A stretch of DNA of 61,749 bases from an uncultured Candidatus Poseidoniales archaeon (lineage in GTDB: Archaea; Thermoplasmatota; Poseidoniia; Poseidoniales; Thalassarchaeaceae), in NCBI GenBank assembly GCA_964570065.1, contig CAZMVZ010000005.1:1-61749 (forward strand), read 5' to 3'. Below the pieces are notes generated by a model. The model worked only from the letters and a program-made list of their open reading frames with translations, had not been told where the DNA came from and searched no databases. Shown here in pieces: positions 16,614 to 25,713 of the stretch. The translations under genes were made by a program, and so were the position numbers. How positions within the stretch are numbered: position 1 is the first letter of the stretch; the number at the start of each line of letters is the position of its first letter.

Positions 16614-17957
16614 GTGTTCCGTCGAGTACTAGTCTCGAACCGAGGTGAAATTGCTCTTCGAATAGTTAGGTCATTGAGGGAGCTGGGAATCGAATCAGTC
16701 GTCATTCATGGCCGCGAGGATAGGATGTCTCTCCCAGTTAGGCTTGCTGATGAGGGATTCTTTATCTCCCGGGAAGATCCACTAGCGTCGTATCTTGATA
16801 TTGAGGCTATTATCTCTGCCGCAAAAGAGGTCGGTGCAGACGCGGTTCATCCGGGATATGGTTTTCTTTCTGAGAACGCGACCTTTGCAGAGCGTCTCGC
16901 TGAAGAAGGAATAACCTTCATTGGTCCTTCGCCGGACTCTCTTAGGCTTCTGGGGGACAAGATAGCAGCCAGGGAAGCTATGTCAAAGGCTGGAATACCA
17001 GTGGCAAAGGGCACCAATGAACCAATTTCTGATTCCAAGGAGGCACTATCACTTGCCTCAGAGATAGGCTTCCCACTCATGATCAAGGCAGCCTCTGGAG
17101 GGGGGGGAATAGGCATGCAGGTGGTCAATGAAGAATCAGATTTCGAATCTGCTCTGAGGCTATGCCAAGGACGTGCCGAATCAGCCTTTGGAGACAGCAG
17201 AGTCTTCATTGAGGAATACGTCAGCACAGCAGAACATATCGAATTCCAGGTAGTAGGGGATGGTTCGAAAGCCATCCATCTCGGTGAAAGATTCTGTTCC
17301 ATTCAGAGGAGACATCAGAAGATATTGGAAGAAGGTCCATGGTTAAGCGAGAAAGAAAGAGAGGACATCGGTGCCAAGGTCGTGGCAGGAGCCGAAGCAA
17401 TCGGTTACAGAGGCCTTGCGACGTTTGAGTTCCTGAGAAATTCTGAGGGGGAGTTCTACTTCATGGAGGTGAACCCTAGGGTTCAAGTGGAACATACAGT
17501 AACTGAGATGTTAACAGGCATCGATCTTGTTTCTCTGGGAATAATCGTTTCTTCTGGGATTGAATTGCCAATAAAACAGGAAGAAATAATCTGGAATGGT
17601 CACGCAATCCAGGCTCGGATAAATGCAGAGAATCCAGTAACTCTCGAGCCTTCTCCAGGAAAATTGTGGGAATGCCACTGGCCCGGGGGACCAGGGATCA
17701 GAGTCGACTCTCATGGATTCTCGGGTTATGTAATGCCCGAAGCGTTCGACTCTCTACTTGCCAAAGTAATCTCATGGGCTCCAACCAGAAACCAGGCAAT
17801 ATCAAGACTAGACTCTGCCCTAGAAGAAACCATACTTCTGGGCGTGGACACACTGATCCCTCTACACAGGGCCATTTTACAGGAATCAGACTTCTTAGAA
17901 AAGAAGATTAACACCGACTATCTAGATTTACATGCAGATTTACTGGCTGGTGATTAG
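16614..17957 (+). CDS. accC: biotin carboxylase (AccC / pyruvate carboxylase subunit A type)
   Basis: FRRVLVSNRGEIALRIVRSLRELGIESV, GYGFLSENA, MIKAASGGGGIGM, EMNPRVQVEH-like FMEVNPRVQVEHTVTE. GTG start. No BCCP or carboxyltransferase gene adjacent. Confidence 0.9.
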   Translation: MFRRVLVSNRGEIALRIVRSLRELGIESVVIHGREDRMSLPVRLADEGFFISREDPLASYLDIEAIISAAKEVGADAVHPGYGFLSENATFAERLAEEGITFIGPSPDSLRLLGDKIAAREAMSKAGIPVAKGTNEPISDSKEALSLASEIGFPLMIKAASGGGGIGMQVVNEESDFESALRLCQGRAESAFGDSRVFIEEYVSTAEHIEFQVVGDGSKAIHLGERFCSIQRRHQKILEEGPWLSEKEREDIGAKVVAGAEAIGYRGLATFEFLRNSEGEFYFMEVNPRVQVEHTVTEMLTGIDLVSLGIIVSSGIELPIKQEEIIWNGHAIQARINAENPVTLEPSPGKLWECHWPGGPGIRVDSHGFSGYVMPEAFDSLLAKVISWAPTRNQAISRLDSALEETILLGVDTLIPLHRAILQESDFLEKKINTDYLDLHADLLAGD

Positions 17958-18920
17958 TTGGAATTGGTGATCGTAGGTAGTATTGGTTATGATGACATCG
18001 AAACTCCAATTGCCACGGGTTCGGATATCCTCGGCGGCTCTGCAGTACACGCCGGCGTCTCATCCTCATTCCACCTCCCAGAGACTCCAGAGGGAGTCAG
18101 AAGAGTCGGCCTAGTGGCGCCAATCGGCAATGATTTCTCAGATTCTCATCAATCCAAGTTAGCAGATCTGGGGATAGACCTCTCTGGAGTGGAGAAACTA
18201 CCCGGAAAGACGTTTCGATGGTCAGGAAGATATTCGGGAACGATGGAGAACGTGGAGACAATTTCAACTGAGGTCAATGTTCTGGGGGACTTCTCCCCTC
18301 AAATCCCCGAGTCATGGAGATCCCCCAATGTTCTCTTCTGCGCCAATACCCATCCAGCATCACAGGTCCTCGTTCTCGATCAGTGCCCTAGTTCGGAGAT
18401 TACAGCTATTGACACCTTCATGTTGTGGATTGAGACTGAGTTTGAGTCTCTCTCAACTGCACTTAGAAAGGCAGACTTGGCAATACTCAATGAAGAAGAG
18501 GTATGTGCAATATCCGGTGAGGATTTCTTCATGAAAGCTATAGGTCCAATATTGTCCGGTTCTTGCCTCCATGGGGGTGAATCAGCAGGTCGTGGACCTA
18601 GTGGTCTGGTGATCAAGAGGGGATCTTCTGGAGTGTTTGCCCATCTTCCATGTGGGATTATTTCCCTACCCTCTTATCCAATCTCCGAAGTGGTTGATCC
18701 AACCGGATGCGGAGACTCCTTCGCAGGAGCACTATTGGCCAACATGTCTCAGAGGAAGGGCGTATTGAATGATATTGAATCGATGAGGGACGCAATGGTC
18801 CATGCTACGGTAACTTCTTCGTTTACAATTCAAGGACTGGGTACTAACAAACTCCAAGGACTCGAAAGGGGGCTCTATCATGCGAGGATGGACAGCTTCC
18901 GGAGAATAGTCGGCCTGTGA
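17958..18920 (+). CDS. PfkB-family carbohydrate/nucleoside kinase
   Basis: N-terminal GSIGYDDI...GGSAVHAG and C-terminal DPTGCGDSFAGALLA (PfkB signature 2). TTG start abuts the accC stop. Confidence 0.8.
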   Translation: MELVIVGSIGYDDIETPIATGSDILGGSAVHAGVSSSFHLPETPEGVRRVGLVAPIGNDFSDSHQSKLADLGIDLSGVEKLPGKTFRWSGRYSGTMENVETISTEVNVLGDFSPQIPESWRSPNVLFCANTHPASQVLVLDQCPSSEITAIDTFMLWIETEFESLSTALRKADLAILNEEEVCAISGEDFFMKAIGPILSGSCLHGGESAGRGPSGLVIKRGSSGVFAHLPCGIISLPSYPISEVVDPTGCGDSFAGALLANMSQRKGVLNDIESMRDAMVHATVTSSFTIQGLGTNKLQGLERGLYHARMDSFRRIVGL

Positions 18921-20540
18921 TTATCCTAGTCGTCTTAGTCCGGGAAGGGGGTGGGGGTCTTCACTAGAAGAGGTCGGTTTTAGTTGACCGAATCTCAATG
19001 AGTCGGTCGACCCATCTGGCAGAAGTGCCACCTCTTCTACTTCTCCAGATACCTTCTTCACAATTAAATCGAGCTTATCTCTAGCAGTTGAAGGGTGGTT
19101 GGCCTTTCTCATTGCACGAACACGAGATGCGATATCGGCTTGGTGATCTTGATCGCTCCTCAATCTCATATGTTGGGTAGTTTGGAACCTCTCAGTTTCA
19201 ATGTCATTGATAGGCACTGCGTCTTTCGCCTCTGTACTTCTAATATTGCCCCCGGGCCTCAGGAGGCGAGATAGCCAGCCACCCGATATTGCACCCCTCG
19301 ACTTCGCTCCAGCCTGGCTGCTACTCGACATAGTGGAGGCTAACCCCTTCAAAGCCGGGTAGTCATCCAAATTAGCAGCTCGTATTGACCTTGGACCATT
19401 CAAACTCTGCGTCCGCAACTCTTGTCTGGCCTTTGCTTCCCTCACTACTCCTGCTTTGCACTCTTCCCTCACCGCTTCCTCAGTTGGAGGTGGAAGCAAC
19501 GTTCTCGGGAACGGTTCAGAAGGGGCACCAAATTCCTGATGGGCCCGCTTTATCATCTGAGAACTGGAATGGGGCACCTCGTTTGGTTCTGAAACAAGGG
19601 CTTCGGAATCAAAATCGAAAAGACCCATGTCATTGGAATTAGAAGATTCTGAGGACGCCCCCGTGTCGAAAACCCCTCCCGGGGAAAACATATCGAGATT
19701 CTCTGCAGCATCAGAGAAAGCAGAATCAATCCTACTCCCTCTCCTCGAATCGGCCTCCTTCTCCTTGTACCAGTTTGGTGACTCTTGCACCCCCCAAGCT
19801 CTCTCGTAGGCATTCTGTTTGAGTGGATTGGAATCATTAGAGATCACTTCCGGAGCATCATTAAATGGGGATCCTGGCATCTCTGGCAGTATTTGTCTTC
19901 CAAATATTTCTGAATCAGAATCGACCCCAAATCCGAAAATAGAATTGTGACCCTCATCAGAATCTATCCCATTTGTCTCCGCGGTCATTGGCAATTCAGC
20001 AACTGGTGATTTCTCAAACTGCCCAGTAACATCTCTTAGTGTGGGGAAAGTCGGAACATCCGAATCTAGATTTTCTAGGCCCAATACTGCCTCTTGCATA
20101 TCGCTACCATGTCTTACTCTGTCAACAATAAGACATAGTTTCAGTAGATTTGACTCACTTCCTGAGACTAAGTGTCTGTCACCAGGGCCAGTTTCAATGG
20201 CCAGTATAGAATAACGAGACACAATGTTCGAGATAATTATGGATGCACCCAATCCAATCGCTAACCAATTCATCGGTGAGAAAATGGTTGTTACTCCCAG
20301 GTAGATCGAAATTATCCCCAGGAGGACGGTTCCGGAGGGAAGCATCGGAATCTTGAGGTGCCTCATTCTTTCAATTGCGGCTAAGTCGAGTCTAACTCCC
20401 TTTCCATCGAATCTTTCTATGGTTAGCTGACGCTCCGTAATTACGGCACAAAACTTTCCCCTCGCGCCGACTAAGTAGAGACCGCCGATCAACTCGGCAT
20501 GCCTCTTCTTAGTCGGGCCATTAGGCCCGGCTAATCCCAT
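18921..20540 (-). CDS. hypothetical membrane-anchored protein with a long low-complexity Ser/Asp/Glu-rich tail
   Basis: 539-aa ATG ORF. N-terminal ~130 aa has a small soluble module plus two hydrophobic helices (LLGIISIYLGVTTIF, WLAIGLGASIIISNIV). The rest looks disordered. Confidence 0.55.
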   Translation of the reverse strand: MGLAGPNGPTKKRHAELIGGLYLVGARGKFCAVITERQLTIERFDGKGVRLDLAAIERMRHLKIPMLPSGTVLLGIISIYLGVTTIFSPMNWLAIGLGASIIISNIVSRYSILAIETGPGDRHLVSGSESNLLKLCLIVDRVRHGSDMQEAVLGLENLDSDVPTFPTLRDVTGQFEKSPVAELPMTAETNGIDSDEGHNSIFGFGVDSDSEIFGRQILPEMPGSPFNDAPEVISNDSNPLKQNAYERAWGVQESPNWYKEKEADSRRGSRIDSAFSDAAENLDMFSPGGVFDTGASSESSNSNDMGLFDFDSEALVSEPNEVPHSSSQMIKRAHQEFGAPSEPFPRTLLPPPTEEAVREECKAGVVREAKARQELRTQSLNGPRSIRAANLDDYPALKGLASTMSSSSQAGAKSRGAISGGWLSRLLRPGGNIRSTEAKDAVPINDIETERFQTTQHMRLRSDQDHQADIASRVRAMRKANHPSTARDKLDLIVKKVSGEVEEVALLPDGSTDSLRFGQLKPTSSSEDPHPLPGLRRLG

Positions 20541-20637
20541 CCGATACGCCGAGCGGATTATCCAAGGTATAAGTTCATGGGGGCTTGCCTATTGAAATCC
20601 CAATACTTAGGCACGTTTCCTTTTTTGCCGTTTTCAG

Positions 20638-21093
20638 TCAACGCATGGCGTTCCTTGCTTCATTTGCCAAACTCCACATTTCCTTTTCATCATCTGTTTT
20701 TGGTTCGAATTGTGGAATCTGAACAGGCTTCATAGTCTCGTCTATCGCAACCATGAAGAAGAAACCAGAACAGATTTCTTCTCCAACCCATTCCGAACGA
20801 GAAAGCCTACAGGAAGTAACATGGACGCCCACAGTTCTCGGAGACGTCCAAACTATCCTAGATGTCGTCCGAATTATGTCTCCTTGGAAGGCTGGCCTCC
20901 TGAACTTCAGAGCATCTACGGAGACCGTCACGAAAACCCTGTGTGCGAACTTTGAGGCAACCATTCCAGCAGCAGTATCCATGATGGCCATTAGCCTACC
21001 ACCGAACAGGGTATTCAGCGCATTTGTGTGGCCGGGAAAAACTTCGTCCAGTACTACCACAGGTTCTTCTGAGTATGGCCCGTCAATCTTCAT
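20638..21093 (-). CDS. acyl-CoA thioesterase (hotdog fold, YciA-like)
   Basis: TNALNTLFGGRLMAIMDTAAGMVA...VTVSVDALKFRRPAFQGDII, the typical acyl-CoA hydrolase pattern. ATG at 21093. Confidence 0.8.
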   Translation of the reverse strand: MKIDGPYSEEPVVVLDEVFPGHTNALNTLFGGRLMAIMDTAAGMVASKFAHRVFVTVSVDALKFRRPAFQGDIIRTTSRIVWTSPRTVGVHVTSCRLSRSEWVGEEICSGFFFMVAIDETMKPVQIPQFEPKTDDEKEMWSLANEARNAMR

Positions 21094-21195
21094 CAATCGT
21101 TCTCAGCGAGCCACACTCCTTGAATACTTCAGTTTCAGAACGCAAAAAATGGGGGTTTACCGCTTACTTCAATCGAGCGACCACCTCGGAGAAAC

Positions 21196-21987
21196 ATGGG
21201 TGTGCCCGAACTTAGGTGGGAATCCTCAGTCTTTGATGATCCAAATGGTGGTTCAGTTTTGCTCTGGCCATACCTACCATGCGTTCGGATGCCTGCAAAG
21301 ATGCGTCCGAGAGTTTGGGATGGGCTAGCGCTCCTGTCATCGGCCGATGAGCTGGTTTCTCTGAAGGAGGAGGAGGAGCAGGATAAATCCAGCCCAGGCA
21401 TCCACATGGAGTCGGCATTAGCATCGGGAACCACCCTGGGAATGCTTGTCAGAGATCTCTCGGAGCTAGATCTAGAGGGCCCATCTATACCCGATCCGGA
21501 GAGGATTAGACTTCTGAGACACGCTGAAAACTCAAGAGGAGGTATGCCAATTTATGCAATCGAACCAGGAATCGATGATCCAGAATGGGCTGATTGGCAA
21601 TCAAGATGGGCAGATGAACAGGTCAGATTCCGAAACCTACTAGCCACACTCGGGAGATCAAGGAGATGGTCAAGGATTAGAAAGGAAGCCATAGAAAAGG
21701 TCTCTCATTCAATACTAGCAAGCCCAGATCTTGGAGCGGCATCGACTGTATGCGCTGCTTGGTGGACCGAAGAGTCGATGTGCCTGACTACGGAACTCAT
21801 CTTTGAGAGAGATTCGAGATTCTCCTCAAGGATTAGAGGGGCCTTATCCAACCTCAGAGATAGTGGTGGTGACTGGGATGAAGGCGGACCAACTCTACTA
21901 GTCCCAGTTCAACAGGCTCATGTGCCCTCATTAGAGAATAGCCTAATTGCCTGTGAGTCTGTCGAGTCACTGGAGATGGAGCGATGA
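21196..21987 (+). CDS. hypothetical protein (first gene of a three-gene operon)
   Basis: 263-aa ATG ORF whose stop overlaps the next start (ATGA at 21984-21987). Trp/Arg-rich central helices. No motif recognised. Confidence 0.5.
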   Translation: MGVPELRWESSVFDDPNGGSVLLWPYLPCVRMPAKMRPRVWDGLALLSSADELVSLKEEEEQDKSSPGIHMESALASGTTLGMLVRDLSELDLEGPSIPDPERIRLLRHAENSRGGMPIYAIEPGIDDPEWADWQSRWADEQVRFRNLLATLGRSRRWSRIRKEAIEKVSHSILASPDLGAASTVCAAWWTEESMCLTTELIFERDSRFSSRIRGALSNLRDSGGDWDEGGPTLLVPVQQAHVPSLENSLIACESVESLEMER

Positions 21988-22505
21988 GCGGTGTCGAAAT
22001 CGAAATCGAGACCCAATCTTTTCGAGTCATTCCCTCCGAACCAGTCAATCTAGCCGACGCTGTGAAATTCGCAGGAGCTAGGAGCAACGGCGAATTTGGA
22101 GTAATTGAACACGAGGAACCTAGGGCCCTAATTGTTGTAGACATCGACGGGTCATTGTTGATTCACGGCATCTCCAATCCAGAGGCAGCTTCGTTAATTG
22201 CCGAGGAGACTCTACTAAGAATCGGCATCTCCGAAAGTGGCCTTGTGATAGAAAGAGGTGAAGTGCTTGCCAGCTTCTCAGTTGGTAGGGCTGTATTGAT
22301 TGGCTTGGCAGCCGAGAGATTCAAGGATGCAGATTACGATTTGAGGTTAGATGCACTTCGGATCGTCGCAAAGAGGCACAACTGCACAATACTACTTTTC
22401 AACAATGGCAGGGGCATTGTGATGGGGCAGTCATCTCGAAAGGTTGCTGAAATGGCAATCTCGCACTGGGTATCAGAATTGTCCGAAGAAGGCGCCTTGG
22501 CGTGA
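21984..22505 (+). CDS. divergent TATA-box-binding-protein-fold paralog (two TBP-like repeats)
   Basis: 173 aa, TBP-sized, with an internal duplication: ...EPRALIVVDIDGSLLIHGISNPEAAS... and ...RHNCTILLFNNGRGIVMGQSSRKVAEMAI..., paralleling the TBP motif LLIFxSGKxVxTGAKS. The DNA-kinking Phe pairs are not conserved. Confidence 0.5.
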   Translation: MSGVEIEIETQSFRVIPSEPVNLADAVKFAGARSNGEFGVIEHEEPRALIVVDIDGSLLIHGISNPEAASLIAEETLLRIGISESGLVIERGEVLASFSVGRAVLIGLAAERFKDADYDLRLDALRIVAKRHNCTILLFNNGRGIVMGQSSRKVAEMAISHWVSELSEEGALA

Positions 22506-22509
22506 GAAA

Positions 22510-23394
22510 ATGCTGACCGATGGGAAGTGGACTGGGCCCATCTTCGACCAACATATGCATTTGGATAGGGCCAATAGATTCCTGGATGCAGTTTCTGATT
22601 TCTCAAAATCAGGAGGAACAGCCATTATGCTGGTACACAAACCAGCATTCTCCAAGTCCTTGCCCTCTGATTCCCAAGGATACAGGGAAGCCTACTCGGA
22701 AACAATCTCAATGGCAGAGGAAATTCGTAGAAAATTCGACTTAGAGGTGGGTTTAGTTCTCGGACCACACCCAGTCTCTTGGGAGAATCAGATTGCAGAA
22801 TTGGGTCTCAAGAAATCTACAGAACTTCATCTGGAAGCAGTCTCATTGGCATTGGAACACATCGATTCTGGAACTGCTAATTGCCTCGGAGAAGTGGGAC
22901 GCCCTCACTACCCCGTCGTTGAAGAGACATGGGAGGCGGCAAACGAAATGCTCCTCGAGATATTGTCAATGGCATCTTCTGCAAATACATCGGTCCAACT
23001 TCACGTTGAGGATAATGGTGAGTGCACCTGTCAAGAATTGAGTCAAATATGCAGATCAGCAGGTCTTCCACTAGATCGTGCAATTCGACACTATGCACCT
23101 CCAAATATCAGCTCAGAATTCACACATGGACTCTCAGCTACCGTCAATGTCGGCACGGGGAGTATTGCAACCCTCACTGAAACAGCTGGTAGATCCAGTG
23201 CTCCTTGGGGGATGGAGACCGACTTCCTAGATGATAGGAATAGGCCAGGAGCAGTACTGGGTCCCAAGACGGTCCCAAAAAGGACTCAAGAATTGGTCTC
23301 CAGCCTTCTTTCCTCTGGGTGGGAAGAATCCAAGGTTGAATCTTTGATTCAGAACATCCATTCAGATTGGCCAAAATCACTCTATGGACTCTGA
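22510..23394 (+). CDS. TatD-related TIM-barrel metal-dependent hydrolase (archaeal family)
   Basis: IFDQHMHLD (HxH), CLGEVGRPHYP, SVQLHVED, AIRHYAPP and METDFLDD, as in TatD-like hydrolases. ATG at 22510 is preferred over the track start at 22444. Confidence 0.7.
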   Translation: MLTDGKWTGPIFDQHMHLDRANRFLDAVSDFSKSGGTAIMLVHKPAFSKSLPSDSQGYREAYSETISMAEEIRRKFDLEVGLVLGPHPVSWENQIAELGLKKSTELHLEAVSLALEHIDSGTANCLGEVGRPHYPVVEETWEAANEMLLEILSMASSANTSVQLHVEDNGECTCQELSQICRSAGLPLDRAIRHYAPPNISSEFTHGLSATVNVGTGSIATLTETAGRSSAPWGMETDFLDDRNRPGAVLGPKTVPKRTQELVSSLLSSGWEESKVESLIQNIHSDWPKSLYGL

Positions 23395-23604
23395 GCCAAA
23401 TCTCTTTATTGGCGGTGTAAAAATCATCAATAGTCCAATCACAAGCATAATTATTGAGATTCCTAGGAATCGCAATTCTCCAATTGGCGATACGCCCTGG
23501 GATTCCATCAACATCCTCAATATGGGTCCGTTAATTGGAAGGAAAAATAACACTAAAAAAACTCCAAGCATCTGTCTTAGATTCACAAATATCCGTGTAG
23601 GCAC
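23377..23604 (-). CDS. small hypothetical membrane protein
   Basis: 75 aa with two hydrophobic helices (LGVFLVLFFLPI, ISIIMLVIGLLMIF). No homology recognised. Confidence 0.35.
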   Translation of the reverse strand: MPTRIFVNLRQMLGVFLVLFFLPINGPILRMLMESQGVSPIGELRFLGISIIMLVIGLLMIFTPPIKRFGSESIE

Positions 23605-23668
23605 ACGCTTTTCAAGTCATTCAGTAAACCGAATCGATTTAGAGATGACAGGCGCCCGCTGAGTATAA

Positions 23669-23743
23669 GCGCCTGTAGTGAAGGGGTTATCACCAGAGGT
23701 TTCCAACCTCTTGTCCCGGGTTCGAATCCCGGCGGGCGCACCA
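23669..23743 (+). tRNA. tRNA-Gly (anticodon UCC), CCA encoded
   Basis: Hand-folded cloverleaf: acceptor GCGCCUG/CGGGCGC, U8, D arm GUGA-AGGGGUUA-UCAC, anticodon arm AGAGG-UUUCCAA-CCUCU, variable loop UGUC, T arm CCGGG-UUCGAAU-CCCGG, discriminator A, CCA. Confidence 0.92.
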
Positions 23744-23758
23744 CTTTCTTTCTTGTGC
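23744..23758 (+). terminator. T-rich tract following tRNA-Gly (archaeal oligo-T terminator candidate)
   Basis: CTTTCTTTCTTGTGC immediately after the CCA end. Confidence 0.35.
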
Positions 23759-23817
23759 AATGGCAAATCGTAAATTAGGACTGAAGCATTGAAACGCCAC
23801 TTGCCTTTCGAAAGCCT

Positions 23818-25713
23818 GTGTCAGAAAGCGAGCAAGAGGATAGGGATATCGGATCTTCACTGAGCAAGGACATGTCAGAGCTTGAAGATGTCAACCAAGT
23901 AGTGGGTAGGAAGATTTGGAGGGTTGTACCTTATGTCACTAGATATTGGAAAAGGGCACTTGGTGGAATTCTGGCAAACGCCGGAGCCCGTGCTTTCGAT
24001 CTCATCCCATTCATCGCAATAGGGATGGCCGCAGATTATTATCAATCCAAGACATTTACCAACTCGAGAATAGAGAGACTAGTAAATTGGGGGCCAATCC
24101 CTGACTTAGGACCAATCGACTCCATAGAACTTGGATTCGGACTTTTGATTATGGCTTCTTTTACTTTCCTAGCCCTTTTCCAGGGAATCAGCAATCAGCT
24201 TTGGCAATCCACTGCATATATGGCGCAGCACGATATTCGAATGGATGCTACAAATTCACTATTGAATATGGAAGCATCGTACTTTGAAAGTAGACAGACC
24301 GGTAATCTGATGTCTGTTCTCTCAGCAGATGTGGCCCAACTTGAGGATATCATTTCAGACGCGAGTACTAGCATGATTCGAATCACCATAACATTCTCAA
24401 CCGCATTCATCATAATGTTCTGGATGTCTCCAAAACTGGCTCTGATCTTGTTTGCCCCATTGGTAATCATTGTTCCAATGGTAATTTGGTTCTCCACTAG
24501 AGTCCAGAGGAAGTATAGGAAACAACGAGAGAGTACTGGTGGGATTGTTGCAATTCTGGAAAACGTGCTTACTGGCGTAACCGTTGTACAGGCGTATAAT
24601 GCTAAGGAGTTTGAGAGCGATAGAATCGGAAGACAAAGTGGGGACTATCGCGACGCTGCCATTCAAGCCGCATTCATCCGGAATCGATTCATCCCTGGGA
24701 TTTACGTTGTCGCAGGAATCTCATTCGGCTTGCTGACCTCGGCAGGTGGTTGGGTGATGGAATCAGGGGAGATTACTGTCGGACAGTTCGTAACATTCCT
24801 CCTAATCTCCACTAGGATGACAATGCCGATGTTCATTCTTGGAATGCTGCTAAACCAACTCCAGAAAGGCGAAGCTTCGTCGAAGAGAGTTTTCGCAATA
24901 ATAGACTTGGAACCGTCTATTTTTGATAAGGAGGGAGCAGTACCACTGGAAGGGCCAATCGAATCTCTCAGATTCGATAATGTCTCCTTCGCATATCCTA
25001 CATCGGAGACAAATGTCCTGAACGGAATCACCCTAAATGCCTCCTCGGGAGAGTTCCTTGGAGTGATGGGTCACACTGGTGCAGGTAAGAGTACGATACT
25101 GAAACTGATTGAGAGGTTCTACGAACCGCAAGGAGGGAGCGTGATGATCAATGACAGGGATATTAACGACTATCAGATAGAATCGATAAGGGAGAGAATA
25201 GGATTCGTTTCACAAGACCCATTTCTCTTCTTTGGGACTATCGGAGAGAATGTAGCATATGCTAGGGATTCCAACAATGATCAGATTCTCGGTGCTCTAG
25301 AAGCAGCCGGCGCAACTGAGTTCGTCTCCAGCCTCCCCGATGGCTTGGATACGATGGTTGGTGATAGGGGAGTGATGCTATCAGGCGGACAGAGGGCTAG
25401 AATTAGCCTAGCTAGGGCACTATTGAAGGACCCCGACCTACTTATCCTCGATGAGGCCAGCGCAGCTCTTGATGCTGAGACCGAGAAGCGCATTCAGGAG
25501 TCCCTGTTTGGCAGCTCAAATGGCGGAAAGAAGAGAATTACCATAGCAGTAGCACACCGTCTAGCCACCATTAGGAATGCCGATGAGATTGTTGCAATGG
25601 TCGACGGGGCAATTGTGGAGCGTGGAACGCACAGAAATCTGTTAGCGAATGATAACGTCTACGCATCACAGTGGTCAATCCAGACTGGAGAACTTGGTTC
25701 ATTAGAGGGATAA
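23818..25713 (+). CDS. ABC exporter, fused permease/ATPase (ABCB/MsbA-like)
   Basis: Six-TM N-terminal half. Walker A GHTGAGKST, Q-loop, signature LSGGQRARISLARA, Walker B LLILDEASAALD, H-loop VAHRL. GTG start. Confidence 0.9.
   Translation: MSESEQEDRDIGSSLSKDMSELEDVNQVVGRKIWRVVPYVTRYWKRALGGILANAGARAFDLIPFIAIGMAADYYQSKTFTNSRIERLVNWGPIPDLGPIDSIELGFGLLIMASFTFLALFQGISNQLWQSTAYMAQHDIRMDATNSLLNMEASYFESRQTGNLMSVLSADVAQLEDIISDASTSMIRITITFSTAFIIMFWMSPKLALILFAPLVIIVPMVIWFSTRVQRKYRKQRESTGGIVAILENVLTGVTVVQAYNAKEFESDRIGRQSGDYRDAAIQAAFIRNRFIPGIYVVAGISFGLLTSAGGWVMESGEITVGQFVTFLLISTRMTMPMFILGMLLNQLQKGEASSKRVFAIIDLEPSIFDKEGAVPLEGPIESLRFDNVSFAYPTSETNVLNGITLNASSGEFLGVMGHTGAGKSTILKLIERFYEPQGGSVMINDRDINDYQIESIRERIGFVSQDPFLFFGTIGENVAYARDSNNDQILGALEAAGATEFVSSLPDGLDTMVGDRGVMLSGGQRARISLARALLKDPDLLILDEASAALDAETEKRIQESLFGSSNGGKKRITIAVAHRLATIRNADEIVAMVDGAIVERGTHRNLLANDNVYASQWSIQTGELGSLEG

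Noticed and set aside
21984-22505. Calling the 173-aa TBP-fold protein the canonical TATA-binding protein
   Set aside because: The repeat architecture fits, but the sequence is too divergent from the highly conserved archaeal TBP, including loss of the intercalating Phe residues. It is called a paralog or TBP-fold protein only.
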